43,897 nt of DNA from the NCBI GenBank assembly GCA_026329315.1, contig GCA_026329315.1_4342.1; one strand, written 5' to 3'. The notes below the pieces were generated by a model. That model saw nothing but the letters and a program-made list of their open reading frames with translations. It ran no database searches and was not told the origin of the DNA. Source of the DNA: a phage. A program made the translations under genes and the position numbers. Below, one piece after another: positions 36,119 to 43,897 of this stretch (within the stretch, counting starts at the first letter, position 1; each line of letters opens with the position of its first letter).

Positions 36119-36619
36119 ATGTTAGAGAAATTCTTAGTATTACTGGAACGTTTCGTAGTTGCACATGAACTGATTGCCGCAAATAGCGTGAAACAAGTTG
36201 TTCAGGCTTCCGCACCGCTGGAAGTAGAGACGGTAGTGTATGCCAAAGAAGCGGTAGCAGAGTGCGCCGAAGAAAAAGCAAAAGAAATCCCGGTCGAAGG
36301 TGAAGACATCGTTGACGCTAAACCAGCAGAAGAAGAGAAGCCGAAACGCAAGCCGCGTAAAGCTAAAGTAGAGGAGCCGACTCCAGAACCAGAAGAAGAG
36401 AAAGAAGAGGTCGATTACCAGTCTCTTCGTGACCAGATTCAGGCTATCGACGATGCAATTAACGAAGGTCCTAGCGATGCTGCGTGCGACGATTCCGATG
36501 AACTGCTGGAGGAGTTCACCGGTAAGAAAATGAAGATTGCCGCGATTAAAGACGAAGACCTGGCTGAATACCTGAAACGCCTGACGGCGATTAAGAACAA
36601 GTATTTCGAAGAAGAATAA
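36119..36619 (+). CDS. highly acidic early protein
   Basis: AGGAGAG RBS; long E/D-rich stretches with short basic patch. Confidence 0.5.
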   Translation: MLEKFLVLLERFVVAHELIAANSVKQVVQASAPLEVETVVYAKEAVAECAEEKAKEIPVEGEDIVDAKPAEEEKPKRKPRKAKVEEPTPEPEEEKEEVDYQSLRDQIQAIDDAINEGPSDAACDDSDELLEEFTGKKMKIAAIKDEDLAEYLKRLTAIKNKYFEEE

Positions 36620-36661
36620 CTATCCCGCGGCCTTCTGGCCGCTTTAACAGAGGGTCGTAAT

Positions 36662-36934
36662 ATGATTTACCAACTCTACCGAGGTATTGACCGACGGGAT
36701 AACACGGAGGCTCTATGGCTATTGCGCGCTCCTTCCGGTGCGCACCAGATGGAAGAGATGGCGTACTTATGCAAAGTACCCAGGCCCAAAGATATAGGCC
36801 GTCACGTGTCGCAGATTAAGCGCACGACTTTTGCCAAGCCTGACTTTTATGTCTTCGAGTCGATGTATAGCTGGGCCATGCACTGCCAGCACCAGACACG
36901 ACATTTAATTGACCAGTGGGAGAACAGGGTATGA
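36662..36934 (+). CDS. hypothetical protein
   Basis: AGAGGG RBS. Confidence 0.4.
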   Translation: MIYQLYRGIDRRDNTEALWLLRAPSGAHQMEEMAYLCKVPRPKDIGRHVSQIKRTTFAKPDFYVFESMYSWAMHCQHQTRHLIDQWENRV

Positions 36935-37278
36935 CCGATAAATGGTGGCTTAATCTGCGTAGTGGCGACAAGGTTTACACAGTCGGCGACCGCAGAAAGA
37001 GCAGCGGCGTAGCTACTGTGTTACAAAACGGCAAAAAGTACATTCACATTGTGCATGAAGCTCGTGCGCTCCGCGTGAATAAATCGTCTGGCAGGCTTGA
37101 GGATTACCCGAAAACATTAATATATAAAAGTGAAAAGCATCACATGGACGCTGTTGACGCAAGACGTCAGTTCGCAGGAATGTTGCAACAGTTAAGCGAC
37201 TTACATCGCGATGATTCTTTCATTCCTACAGAAGAACAGTTACAGGCATTAAACTTGTATTTGGAGAGTTTACGATGA
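36931..37278 (+). CDS. hypothetical protein
   Basis: ATG at 36931 with GGGAGAACAGGG RBS and ATGA overlap. Confidence 0.4.
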   Translation: MTDKWWLNLRSGDKVYTVGDRRKSSGVATVLQNGKKYIHIVHEARALRVNKSSGRLEDYPKTLIYKSEKHHMDAVDARRQFAGMLQQLSDLHRDDSFIPTEEQLQALNLYLESLR

Positions 37279-38516
37279 TTCTTAAAGAACGCGGCGGCAA
37301 TAACGATGTACATGCCTTACTGTCGCCGTCAGGGGCTAAAAAGTGGCTAAGTTGCGCGGCATCACTGGCCTGTGAAAAAGATATCCCTAACACGTCAGGT
37401 AAAGCCGCTGTATTAGGCACGGCAATGCACACCATAGCTGAGGTCCATCTCAACGCTTATATTCGCGGAACTGCGCTGCCGTTAGAGCGTGAAGTCGGTG
37501 CTTACGTGCTGGATGAAGGCAAAGGCCAGATTAAGGCACTAATCAGCCCGATGAAAGGCGCGGTACTGATTACGGCGGACATGATTGAGCAGGTGCGCAA
37601 GTACACCGACTACTGCAAGGCGATTATCGATATAGCGACTTACGCCAAGCTGGAAATGCGTGTTAATCTTACTGAGGTATTGCATCCGGGGTATGAAGGC
37701 GTTGAGACGTTCGGAACTGCTGACCTTGTTGCCATACAGGAACTGGCTAACACCGACGAACACATGCTTATCATCTGCGACCTGAAAACCGGGCGGCATC
37801 GTGTCGAAGCGAAAGAAAACAAGCAGCTTATGCTTTATGCTCTCGGCGTTTATCGCCGACTCAAGAGACGTTATAGCATAACAACCGTTCGACTGGTCAT
37901 CTTCCAGCCGTACGCTGGCGGTGCATCGGAGTGGGACATCTCGGTTGAAGGTCTGGAACTGTTCGCTAAGTTTGCACAGAAACGGGCGCTGTTGGCTCTT
38001 GATGCCTATTTCCGGGGTAAAAAGAACCTGAAAGCGTCGGACTTCAAGCCGTCGGTAGATGGTTGTCAGTGGTGTCGGTTCTCTGAACAATGCGCAGCGC
38101 GTACAAAAACCGTTAACGCGGGGCTGGCGGAAGAACTGGAGGACGACTTTGCACTTGAGCTTACGCCAGAGCAACTCGTAGCTGAGTATGAGAAGTTGCC
38201 GTTGTTGCGCCAGCACATCGACAAGGTTGAGAAAGCTATGGCTGCTGCGTTACATTCCGGTAAGAAAGTGCCGGGGTATAAACTGGTTGAAGGACGCCCG
38301 GGTAATCGTGCGTGGAAAGATACCGATGCAGTATTCGAGAAGTACGGTACTATGCTGCAAAAGGTAGTTCTTATGACACCGACCGAAGCGGTTAAAATTG
38401 TACCGGAAGAAGAACTGAAAGACTTCATTACCCGTAAGCCCGGTGCGCCATGCGTCGCAACGGCGGATGACAAACGTCCTGAGTGGAATCAAGTTACAGA
38501 GGAGGATTTAGAATGA
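37275..38516 (+). CDS. PD-(D/E)XK exonuclease with Cys cluster (Cas4/RecB-like)
   Basis: ICDLKTG ... E.K motif; N-terminal Cys and C-terminal CxxC...C (DGCQWCRFSEQC). Confidence 0.6.
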   Translation: MILKERGGNNDVHALLSPSGAKKWLSCAASLACEKDIPNTSGKAAVLGTAMHTIAEVHLNAYIRGTALPLEREVGAYVLDEGKGQIKALISPMKGAVLITADMIEQVRKYTDYCKAIIDIATYAKLEMRVNLTEVLHPGYEGVETFGTADLVAIQELANTDEHMLIICDLKTGRHRVEAKENKQLMLYALGVYRRLKRRYSITTVRLVIFQPYAGGASEWDISVEGLELFAKFAQKRALLALDAYFRGKKNLKASDFKPSVDGCQWCRFSEQCAARTKTVNAGLAEELEDDFALELTPEQLVAEYEKLPLLRQHIDKVEKAMAAALHSGKKVPGYKLVEGRPGNRAWKDTDAVFEKYGTMLQKVVLMTPTEAVKIVPEEELKDFITRKPGAPCVATADDKRPEWNQVTEEDLE

Positions 38517-38716
38517 TTCAAGTAAATGAAATGCCGACTGATAAAGATTTTTTGATGGTATGGCACTGGGATGGGTATCTACACTCGGAATCGTTCACGT
38601 TCTTGAACGGTACCATGATGCGATACTACCCTGTAGAGGATGAGTTCGAACCGGCCAATATGCTTAATTTCGAGAACATAATCCCTATTGCAAAATTTTA
38701 TTTGACACCTGAATAG
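38513..38716 (+). CDS. hypothetical small protein
   Basis: GAGGAGGA RBS, ATGA overlap. Confidence 0.4.
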   Translation: MIQVNEMPTDKDFLMVWHWDGYLHSESFTFLNGTMMRYYPVEDEFEPANMLNFENIIPIAKFYLTPE

Positions 38717-38730
38717 TTAGCTATTATAGT
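38702..38730 (+). promoter_or_regulatory. strong sigma70 promoter TTGACA-N17-TATAGT with palindrome ATAGTTAGCTAT
   Basis: Same architecture as the 35893 promoter; upstream of SSB-like gene. Confidence 0.6.
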
Positions 38731-38798
38731 TCTAATCACTGGCCGGGCAGCTTCCCGGAGTAAACTTTGAAATATAAACTGAAAAGCGAGAAATCACG

Positions 38799-39422
38799 AT
38801 GGGTATTAAACTGAATCTGCGTAAAGTAAACACTGCATGGGTTAACGTATTTGAACGTGAAAAAGACCGTGAAAACGATGATGGCTCAATCACTAAAGGC
38901 CAGTACAGCGCGACTATCATCCTGCCGTCTGACCATGCTCAAATCGATGCACTCTACGACACCGTTTACGCTGTAGTTGAAGAAGCGTTAGGCGCAGCCG
39001 CTGCCGAGAAATGGATGAAGTCCAACTACGGTGAAGGTAAGCACATGGATAAATGCGCGATTAAAGACATTGCCGAGCGCGACAATCCGTTTGAAGACTT
39101 CCCGGAAGGCTTCTACTTCAAAGCGAAGGCACAGAAACAACCGCTGATTGTAACCTCTAAAAAAGGCGAGACTCAGGTAGAGCAGGACTTCAATGTAGAC
39201 GGTGAACAGATTGAAGGTGAACAGGTTTACAGCGGCTGCGTTGCTAACGTAAGCGTAGAAATCTGGTTCAGCCAGAAATATAAAGTCCTCGGCGTTAACC
39301 TGCTGGCGATTAAATACGTAGGCGAAGGTAAAGCGTTCGGTGGTTCTAAAGTAGCTGCAAGCGTCGATGACCTGGAAGACGACGAAGAAGACGCACCGCG
39401 TCGCGAACGTCGCCGCCGTTAA
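38799..39422 (+). CDS. putative ssDNA-binding protein with acidic C-terminal tail
   Basis: Position between nuclease and polymerase; C-terminal DDLEDDEEDA tail. Confidence 0.45.
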   Translation: MGIKLNLRKVNTAWVNVFEREKDRENDDGSITKGQYSATIILPSDHAQIDALYDTVYAVVEEALGAAAAEKWMKSNYGEGKHMDKCAIKDIAERDNPFEDFPEGFYFKAKAQKQPLIVTSKKGETQVEQDFNVDGEQIEGEQVYSGCVANVSVEIWFSQKYKVLGVNLLAIKYVGEGKAFGGSKVAASVDDLEDDEEDAPRRERRRR

Positions 39423-39481
39423 TTTCTGAATCAATTTAACTAAGACCCTTCATTGGGCCTTTTTACTAAGGGTCGAAAATA

Positions 39482-39760
39482 ATGGCAGCGGAACTTAAGA
39501 GATACAGACGCATCACATACTGCAAATTTTGTAAGGCAGAAGGTAAAAAAGTTAGAGCAATTTGGATGACTAAATACCCTCCAGCTTACGGTGTACGAGA
39601 CTGGTATAAACACTATGCATGCGAGGAGCATAAACATTTAATAGAAGACACAGACCCAGACCGGACTTGGGCAGAAATCATAGAACGCGGTAAAAACAAG
39701 AAACAAGATCGCGACGACCATCTCACAGAAGCAGACTATCAGACGTGGTACAGACTATGA
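39482..39760 (+). CDS. small Cys/His-rich protein
   Basis: CKFC ... C..H pattern; upstream of polymerase. Confidence 0.35.
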   Translation: MAAELKRYRRITYCKFCKAEGKKVRAIWMTKYPPAYGVRDWYKHYACEEHKHLIEDTDPDRTWAEIIERGKNKKQDRDDHLTEADYQTWYRL

Positions 39761-42009
39761 ACACATTGCTTTACTTAGACTTTGAAACATTCTCCGAAGC
39801 CGATTTGAAGAAAGTCGGCTCCTATGCTTACGCCGAGCATCCAACTACCGAAGTGCTTATCTGTACCTACGCTTTTGACGACGAGCCTGTACAGGTATGG
39901 TATTGCACCGACGGCAGTGATATGCCCGTGGATTTACACCGCGCTCTACGCCGTCTGGTTAAGCCAAACAGTCGCATTAAGATGGTATGGCACAACGGTG
40001 GACTTTTCGATCGCCTAATCATGAAACACTGCTGGGGCTTTGATATTCCGGTAAGTAACACCATTGATACTATGATTTGGGCGTTCCGTCACGCGCTGCC
40101 GGGTTCTCTTGATGCGCTGTGCGAAGTGCTGGGCGTGTCTGCAGACAACGCGAAAGATAAACGCGGCAAGGCTCTGATTAAGCGTTTCTCTAAACCGACG
40201 CCGAAGAACTACAAAATCCGCCGATATACCGCTGAAACGCACCCTGACGAGTGGGCGATGTTCATCAGGTACGCCGTGAGCGACATCACTGCGATGCGTG
40301 AAGTCTTCCATAAGCTGCCGCGTTGGGGTAACTCCGAGTTCGAAGACCGTGTACTGGAACTTGACCAGTTAATCAACGACCGCGGATTTAAGGTTGACGT
40401 CGCACTGGCGGAAGCCGCGATTGAAGCCGTAGAGAAGCACAAGGCACAGTTACAGGAAGAAGCTCAACGTAAATACGGCGGCTCGCTTACCGGTAAGGAC
40501 TTTCTGCCTATTCTACGTGAACTGGCCCCCGCACACCGCATACACAACGCACAGAAGTCGACGCTGAATGACCTGCTGGCCGATGATGATTTACCTGACG
40601 ACGCCCGCACGATTATCGAAATGCGCCTCGGGGCCGCGTCAACAGCGTCCACGAAATATAACCCGCTGCTGTTAGGCCGCTCGTCGGACGACCGACGCCG
40701 CGGTTGTATCCAGTACGGTGGGGCAAAGCGTACGTTACGGTTCGCGGGTAAAGGCTTCCAGCCACAGAACCTGGCGCGCGGGTACTATCATGACGACCCG
40801 AAGAATAAAAAGAAGAAAGTACGTTATGACTGGATGTCAGAGAAGGACTGGTGGAGAGTAACACACCCATTGTCCTACGGAATCGACCTGTTGTTTAAAG
40901 GCCGCGCGCATCGCCGTTTCGATGTAGCCAAGCTAACGGCATCGACGGTGCGTAGCTGCATCATACCGGAAGCCGGGCGTAAGTTTGTCGTAGCTGATTA
41001 CTCTAACGTTGAAGGTCGCGGGTTGGCATGGCTGGCGGGAGAAGAAACCGCTCTCGATACCTTCCGTGCGGGATTGGATATTTACTGTGTAACCGCGGGT
41101 AAGATGTTCGGCATGGACCCTGATTACATTCTCGAAAGCCGTAGTGACCTACGCCAGATAGGTAAAGCATGTGAATTGGGCCTTGGCTATGCTGGTGGTG
41201 TCGGTGCTTTCGTTCAGTTTGCTAAGAACCTCGGCTTAAACCTGGTTGATATGGCAAAAACAATGGACGGGACATTCCCCAACCATATATGGGCCGCTAC
41301 TGCACGCGGCTATGAATGGGCACGTATTCAGGAAGCCAAGCGACCTCCGCGGCCAGGTGAAAAGGATGACCGACCATCGTATATTCTTGATAAGAAAGTG
41401 TGGCGTACCTGCGACGCTATCAAGCGCATGTGGCGTGAGTCACACCCGGAAACAGTAGCTTTCTGGCGTGATATTGAAGACGCGGCTATGGCGGCTATCC
41501 GCAATCCAGGTAAAGAGTTCACTGCGGGACCGCGGGGTGTTAAGTTTTCGCGTAACGTAGAAACGGACAACAACGGCAACAAAGTCGCTGGTTGGTGGTT
41601 GCGCATGACGTTGCCGTCGGGTCGCGTTATGTCTTATCCGGGCGTCGGGTTGAGCGTGTCGAAAGAAACAGATGGAGACGGGAAGGTGTCTACTAACGTG
41701 CGCATTAAGTACCAGGGCGAAAATCAGCTAACCCGTCAGTGGGGGTTCCAGTACACCTACTCGGGTAAACTGGTGGAAAACTGCACTCAGGCATTGTGCC
41801 GTGATTTGCTGGCTAATGCCCTGCTGAACGTAGAAGCAAACGGCTACCCGATTGTACTTCACGTACACGATGAGATTATCTGCGAGACACCAGATTCACC
41901 GGAATACAATGTAGCAGAGCTTGAGCGGTTGATGTGCGAATTGCCGGAATGGGCGGAGGGGTTCCCTCTTGTAGCTGAAGGTGCGGAGATGAAGCGATAT
42001 GCCAAGTAA
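39757..42009 (+). CDS. family A DNA polymerase with 3'-5' exonuclease domain
   Basis: Exo motif LDFETFS; pol motif A DYSNVEGR; motif C HDEI; start at ATG 39757 coupled to upstream stop. Confidence 0.75.
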   Translation: MNTLLYLDFETFSEADLKKVGSYAYAEHPTTEVLICTYAFDDEPVQVWYCTDGSDMPVDLHRALRRLVKPNSRIKMVWHNGGLFDRLIMKHCWGFDIPVSNTIDTMIWAFRHALPGSLDALCEVLGVSADNAKDKRGKALIKRFSKPTPKNYKIRRYTAETHPDEWAMFIRYAVSDITAMREVFHKLPRWGNSEFEDRVLELDQLINDRGFKVDVALAEAAIEAVEKHKAQLQEEAQRKYGGSLTGKDFLPILRELAPAHRIHNAQKSTLNDLLADDDLPDDARTIIEMRLGAASTASTKYNPLLLGRSSDDRRRGCIQYGGAKRTLRFAGKGFQPQNLARGYYHDDPKNKKKKVRYDWMSEKDWWRVTHPLSYGIDLLFKGRAHRRFDVAKLTASTVRSCIIPEAGRKFVVADYSNVEGRGLAWLAGEETALDTFRAGLDIYCVTAGKMFGMDPDYILESRSDLRQIGKACELGLGYAGGVGAFVQFAKNLGLNLVDMAKTMDGTFPNHIWAATARGYEWARIQEAKRPPRPGEKDDRPSYILDKKVWRTCDAIKRMWRESHPETVAFWRDIEDAAMAAIRNPGKEFTAGPRGVKFSRNVETDNNGNKVAGWWLRMTLPSGRVMSYPGVGLSVSKETDGDGKVSTNVRIKYQGENQLTRQWGFQYTYSGKLVENCTQALCRDLLANALLNVEANGYPIVLHVHDEIICETPDSPEYNVAELERLMCELPEWAEGFPLVAEGAEMKRYAK

Positions 42010-42130
42010 ACTGATTATTGCGGTACTGGCGGGATTCGCCGCCGGTGTCTACTGTCACGAGGGTCAATACGGCATGATGGTTGCCGTATTAGGTATGTTA
42101 GTAACAATTTATCTGTGGGTGCTGGAATGA
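41999..42130 (+). CDS. small membrane protein (43 aa, below cutoff)
   Basis: Hydrophobic; ATGA overlap with next ORF. Confidence 0.25.
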   Translation: MPSKLIIAVLAGFAAGVYCHEGQYGMMVAVLGMLVTIYLWVLE

Positions 42131-42225
42131 AAATTTACTGGTTCTACGAAGAAGACCGCCGGATCTGTCCGCGCTGTGGTATTGCGCATACGAAACGTGA
42201 GGGGTGTGTGGATGAGTACGCCTGA
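42127..42225 (+). CDS. zinc-ribbon peptide (32 aa, below cutoff)
   Basis: CPRCG ... C motif; overlaps VRR-NUC start. Confidence 0.25.
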   Translation: MKIYWFYEEDRRICPRCGIAHTKREGCVDEYA

Positions 42226-42499
42226 GGGCAAAATACAGAAATACGCAAAAGACCGATTCGAGGCCATTGGTGGCCTCGTTCGTAAACTTTCCTACGAAGG
42301 ACGTTCCGGCGCCCCTGACCTGCTGGTAATTCTCCCCGGCGGCGTCATCTGGTTCGTCGAGATAAAGAAAGACGAAAGCACGAAGCCGGATCCACACCAG
42401 TTACGGGAGCACGAGCGGATGCGTAAGCGTGGTGCTAATGTTTTTGTCGTTGGTTCGTTTAAACAGGTTGACGCCCTAATAGCGAACTATTATAGTTAG
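42212..42499 (+). CDS. VRR-NUC domain nuclease
   Basis: GAPDLL ... VEIK motif; GAGGGG RBS. Confidence 0.6.
   Translation: MSTPEGKIQKYAKDRFEAIGGLVRKLSYEGRSGAPDLLVILPGGVIWFVEIKKDESTKPDPHQLREHERMRKRGANVFVVGSFKQVDALIANYYS
42468..42496 (+). promoter_or_regulatory. sigma70 promoter TTGACG-N17-TATAGT with palindrome ATAGCGAACTAT
   Basis: Same architecture as the 35893 and 38702 promoters; lies in 3' end of VRR-NUC gene. Confidence 0.55.
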
Positions 42500-42529
42500 T
42501 CCTACACCAACAATATAAGGAATTGAGAA

Positions 42530-42721
42530 ATGAAACACGAATATGACCGCAAACCAGCACGTGACATCGTACCTGGCGACATGATTTTCAACGTTAAGCC
42601 CCGTCGGCCTGTTGCCGTTGATACGGTGTACGTCGAGTCGAACGGTAAACTGGTTATCGAAGATGTAACCGGTAACGTTACGGCGTTCGGGCGTAAAGAG
42701 TTAGTTCTGGTGGCAAAATGA
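42530..42721 (+). CDS. hypothetical small protein
   Basis: AAGGA RBS; coupled to methyltransferase start. Confidence 0.4.
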   Translation: MKHEYDRKPARDIVPGDMIFNVKPRRPVAVDTVYVESNGKLVIEDVTGNVTAFGRKELVLVAK

Positions 42722-43647
42722 ACTATTACAACGAATGGGATAAAGGCGCAGCCGCGTGGCTGCGTGAATTAATAAAACAGGGTCACATACCTTTTGGAGT
42801 TGTAGATGAAAGAAGCATTACTGAAGTTAAGCCAGAAGACCTCGACGGATTCACCCAGTGTCATTTTTTCGCTGGTATCGGCGGCTGGCCTCTCGCGCTC
42901 AGACTTGCGGGAGTTCCGGAAGATGCGCCTCTCTGGACGGGAAGCCCGCCTTGCCAACCGTTTAGCGCAGCGGGAAAGCAACTCGGACAGTTCGACCCGA
43001 GACACCTCGCACCTGTGTTCCTCGACCTCATCAGCGAGTGCCGCCCTCCAGTCCTCTTTGGGGAGCAGGTTGCGCCAGCAATTGCAAAATCGTGGATGTG
43101 CGATTTACAAACTCACCTGGAAGGAGAAAACTACGCCGTCGGGTTTGCCGTACTCCCAGCTTGTAGCGTCGGCGCACCGCACAAACGCGACCGACTTTTC
43201 TTCGGCGCGCATAGATTGGCCCACGCCAGCAGTATCACTGATAACAAACGACGTGAACATGCGCAGCACAGACGGCAGGACGAAACCGAACAAACTGGGG
43301 TGGGCCGCCGCGATGACGGCATGGGCGACGCCGACCGCGAACGATTACAGAGGGAGCGGAGAGACAGTGATTCGCAAGGACGGAAAGGACCGGACTTTCG
43401 ACAGGCTGGACTACTCAACGGAGCAGGGACTGAAAATATCGCGACCAATCCGCATCACGGCTTCTGGTCAGAGGCAGACTGGCTCGGATGCCGGGATGGA
43501 AAATTCAGGCCAGTTGAACCCGGCACATTCCCGCTGGCTGATGGGATACCCGCCAGAGTGGGACGATTGCGCGGTTACGGCAATGCCATCGTCCCGCAAG
43601 TAGCTGCTGAATTTATAAAGGCATTCATGGGGGCGGTAAATGAGTAA
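42718..43647 (+). CDS. DNA (cytosine-5) methyltransferase, orphan
   Basis: Motif I FAGIGG, motif IV PPCQPFS, ENV-like FGEQV, motif X GNAIVP; no adjacent restriction endonuclease. Confidence 0.7.
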   Translation: MNYYNEWDKGAAAWLRELIKQGHIPFGVVDERSITEVKPEDLDGFTQCHFFAGIGGWPLALRLAGVPEDAPLWTGSPPCQPFSAAGKQLGQFDPRHLAPVFLDLISECRPPVLFGEQVAPAIAKSWMCDLQTHLEGENYAVGFAVLPACSVGAPHKRDRLFFGAHRLAHASSITDNKRREHAQHRRQDETEQTGVGRRDDGMGDADRERLQRERRDSDSQGRKGPDFRQAGLLNGAGTENIATNPHHGFWSEADWLGCRDGKFRPVEPGTFPLADGIPARVGRLRGYGNAIVPQVAAEFIKAFMGAVNE

Positions 43648-43897
43648 GTTTCAAAGGCGTGAGTACCAAAAGCTCATGACTTCGTTCATGCTGCGGCACC
43701 ATCGCTGCAACATATGGGCAAGCATGGGCGCTGGGAAGACTGGCAGCGTACTGTGGGCATTAAACCGACTGTTCCGAAACGGCCAACTTAATGATGACGA
43801 CCGCGTGTTAATCCTCGCCCCGCTGCGGGTTGCGTCTGGTACGTGGCCTGCAGAGCAAGAGAAATGGCGATTCCCATGTCTGCGTGTTGTAGATGCG
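43640..43897 (+). CDS. SNF2-family helicase, N-terminal portion (3' end cut by window edge)
   Basis: Walker A SMGAGKTGS; ORF runs to last base of window. Confidence 0.65.
   Translation, partial: MSKFQRREYQKLMTSFMLRHHRCNIWASMGAGKTGSVLWALNRLFRNGQLNDDDRVLILAPLRVASGTWPAEQEKWRFPCLRVVDA

Noticed and set aside
37539-38216. 225-aa - strand ORF (and 38066-38473) antisense to the Cas4-like exonuclease
   Set aside because: No RBS, opposite to a gene with clear nuclease motifs and translational coupling to neighbours
39444-39474. Terminator after the SSB-like gene
   Set aside because: The inverted repeat GACCCTT/AAGGGTC has a 17-nt loop and the alternative short stem has a mismatch; the T-run is present but the hairpin is too weak to call with confidence
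42806-43603. 265-aa alternate-frame ORF within the methyltransferase gene
   Set aside because: Same strand, different frame; lacks any recognisable motif whereas the overlapping frame has all methyltransferase motifs
1-43897. Integrated prophage or temperate phage
   Set aside because: No integrase, recombinase, attachment-site repeats, tRNA or host genes anywhere in the window; the XRE regulator alone is not sufficient evidence of lysogeny
1-43897. CRISPR array or tRNA genes
   Set aside because: No regularly spaced direct repeats with unique spacers and no cloverleaf-compatible segments were recognised by eye; a tRNAscan/CRT run would be needed to exclude them formally

Overview
The window reads as a near-complete genome (about 43.9 kb) of a virulent, tailed dsDNA phage of enterobacterial type (siphovirus-like, with lambda-like tail-tip genes and a beta-helix tailspike). 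No integrase, tRNA or CRISPR array was recognised. Both window edges fall inside what looks like the same SNF2-family helicase gene, so the sequence appears to be linearised within that gene. Layout: a rightward (+) replication/early arm runs 32.6-43.9 kb and continues at 0-1.8 kb (AlpA-like HTH, AEP primase fused to a RecA-like ATPase, Cas4-like PD-(D/E)XK exonuclease, SSB-like protein, family A DNA polymerase, VRR-NUC nuclease, C5-cytosine methyltransferase, SNF2 helicase, Toprim protein). A leftward (-) arm runs 32.2 to 1.8 kb (many small early-type genes, holin/endolysin, terminase, portal, head, spanins, capsid, tail, tape measure, tail tip, tailspike). Two opposite-strand insertions sit inside the leftward structural arm, each with its own promoter and bidirectional terminator: a four-gene cassette at 11.4-13.9 kb (Imm-like membrane protein, HTH-fused metallophosphoesterase, HAD phosphatase, frameshifted T4 gp1-like dNMP kinase) and a single small acidic gene at 20.9-21.1 kb. 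The most striking sequence-level signal is a family of eight sigma70-like promoters that all embed the same 12-bp palindrome ATAG-N4-CTAT, including a divergent pair flanking an XRE-family HTH regulator gene. All functional calls are from motif recognition by eye; no database search was run.
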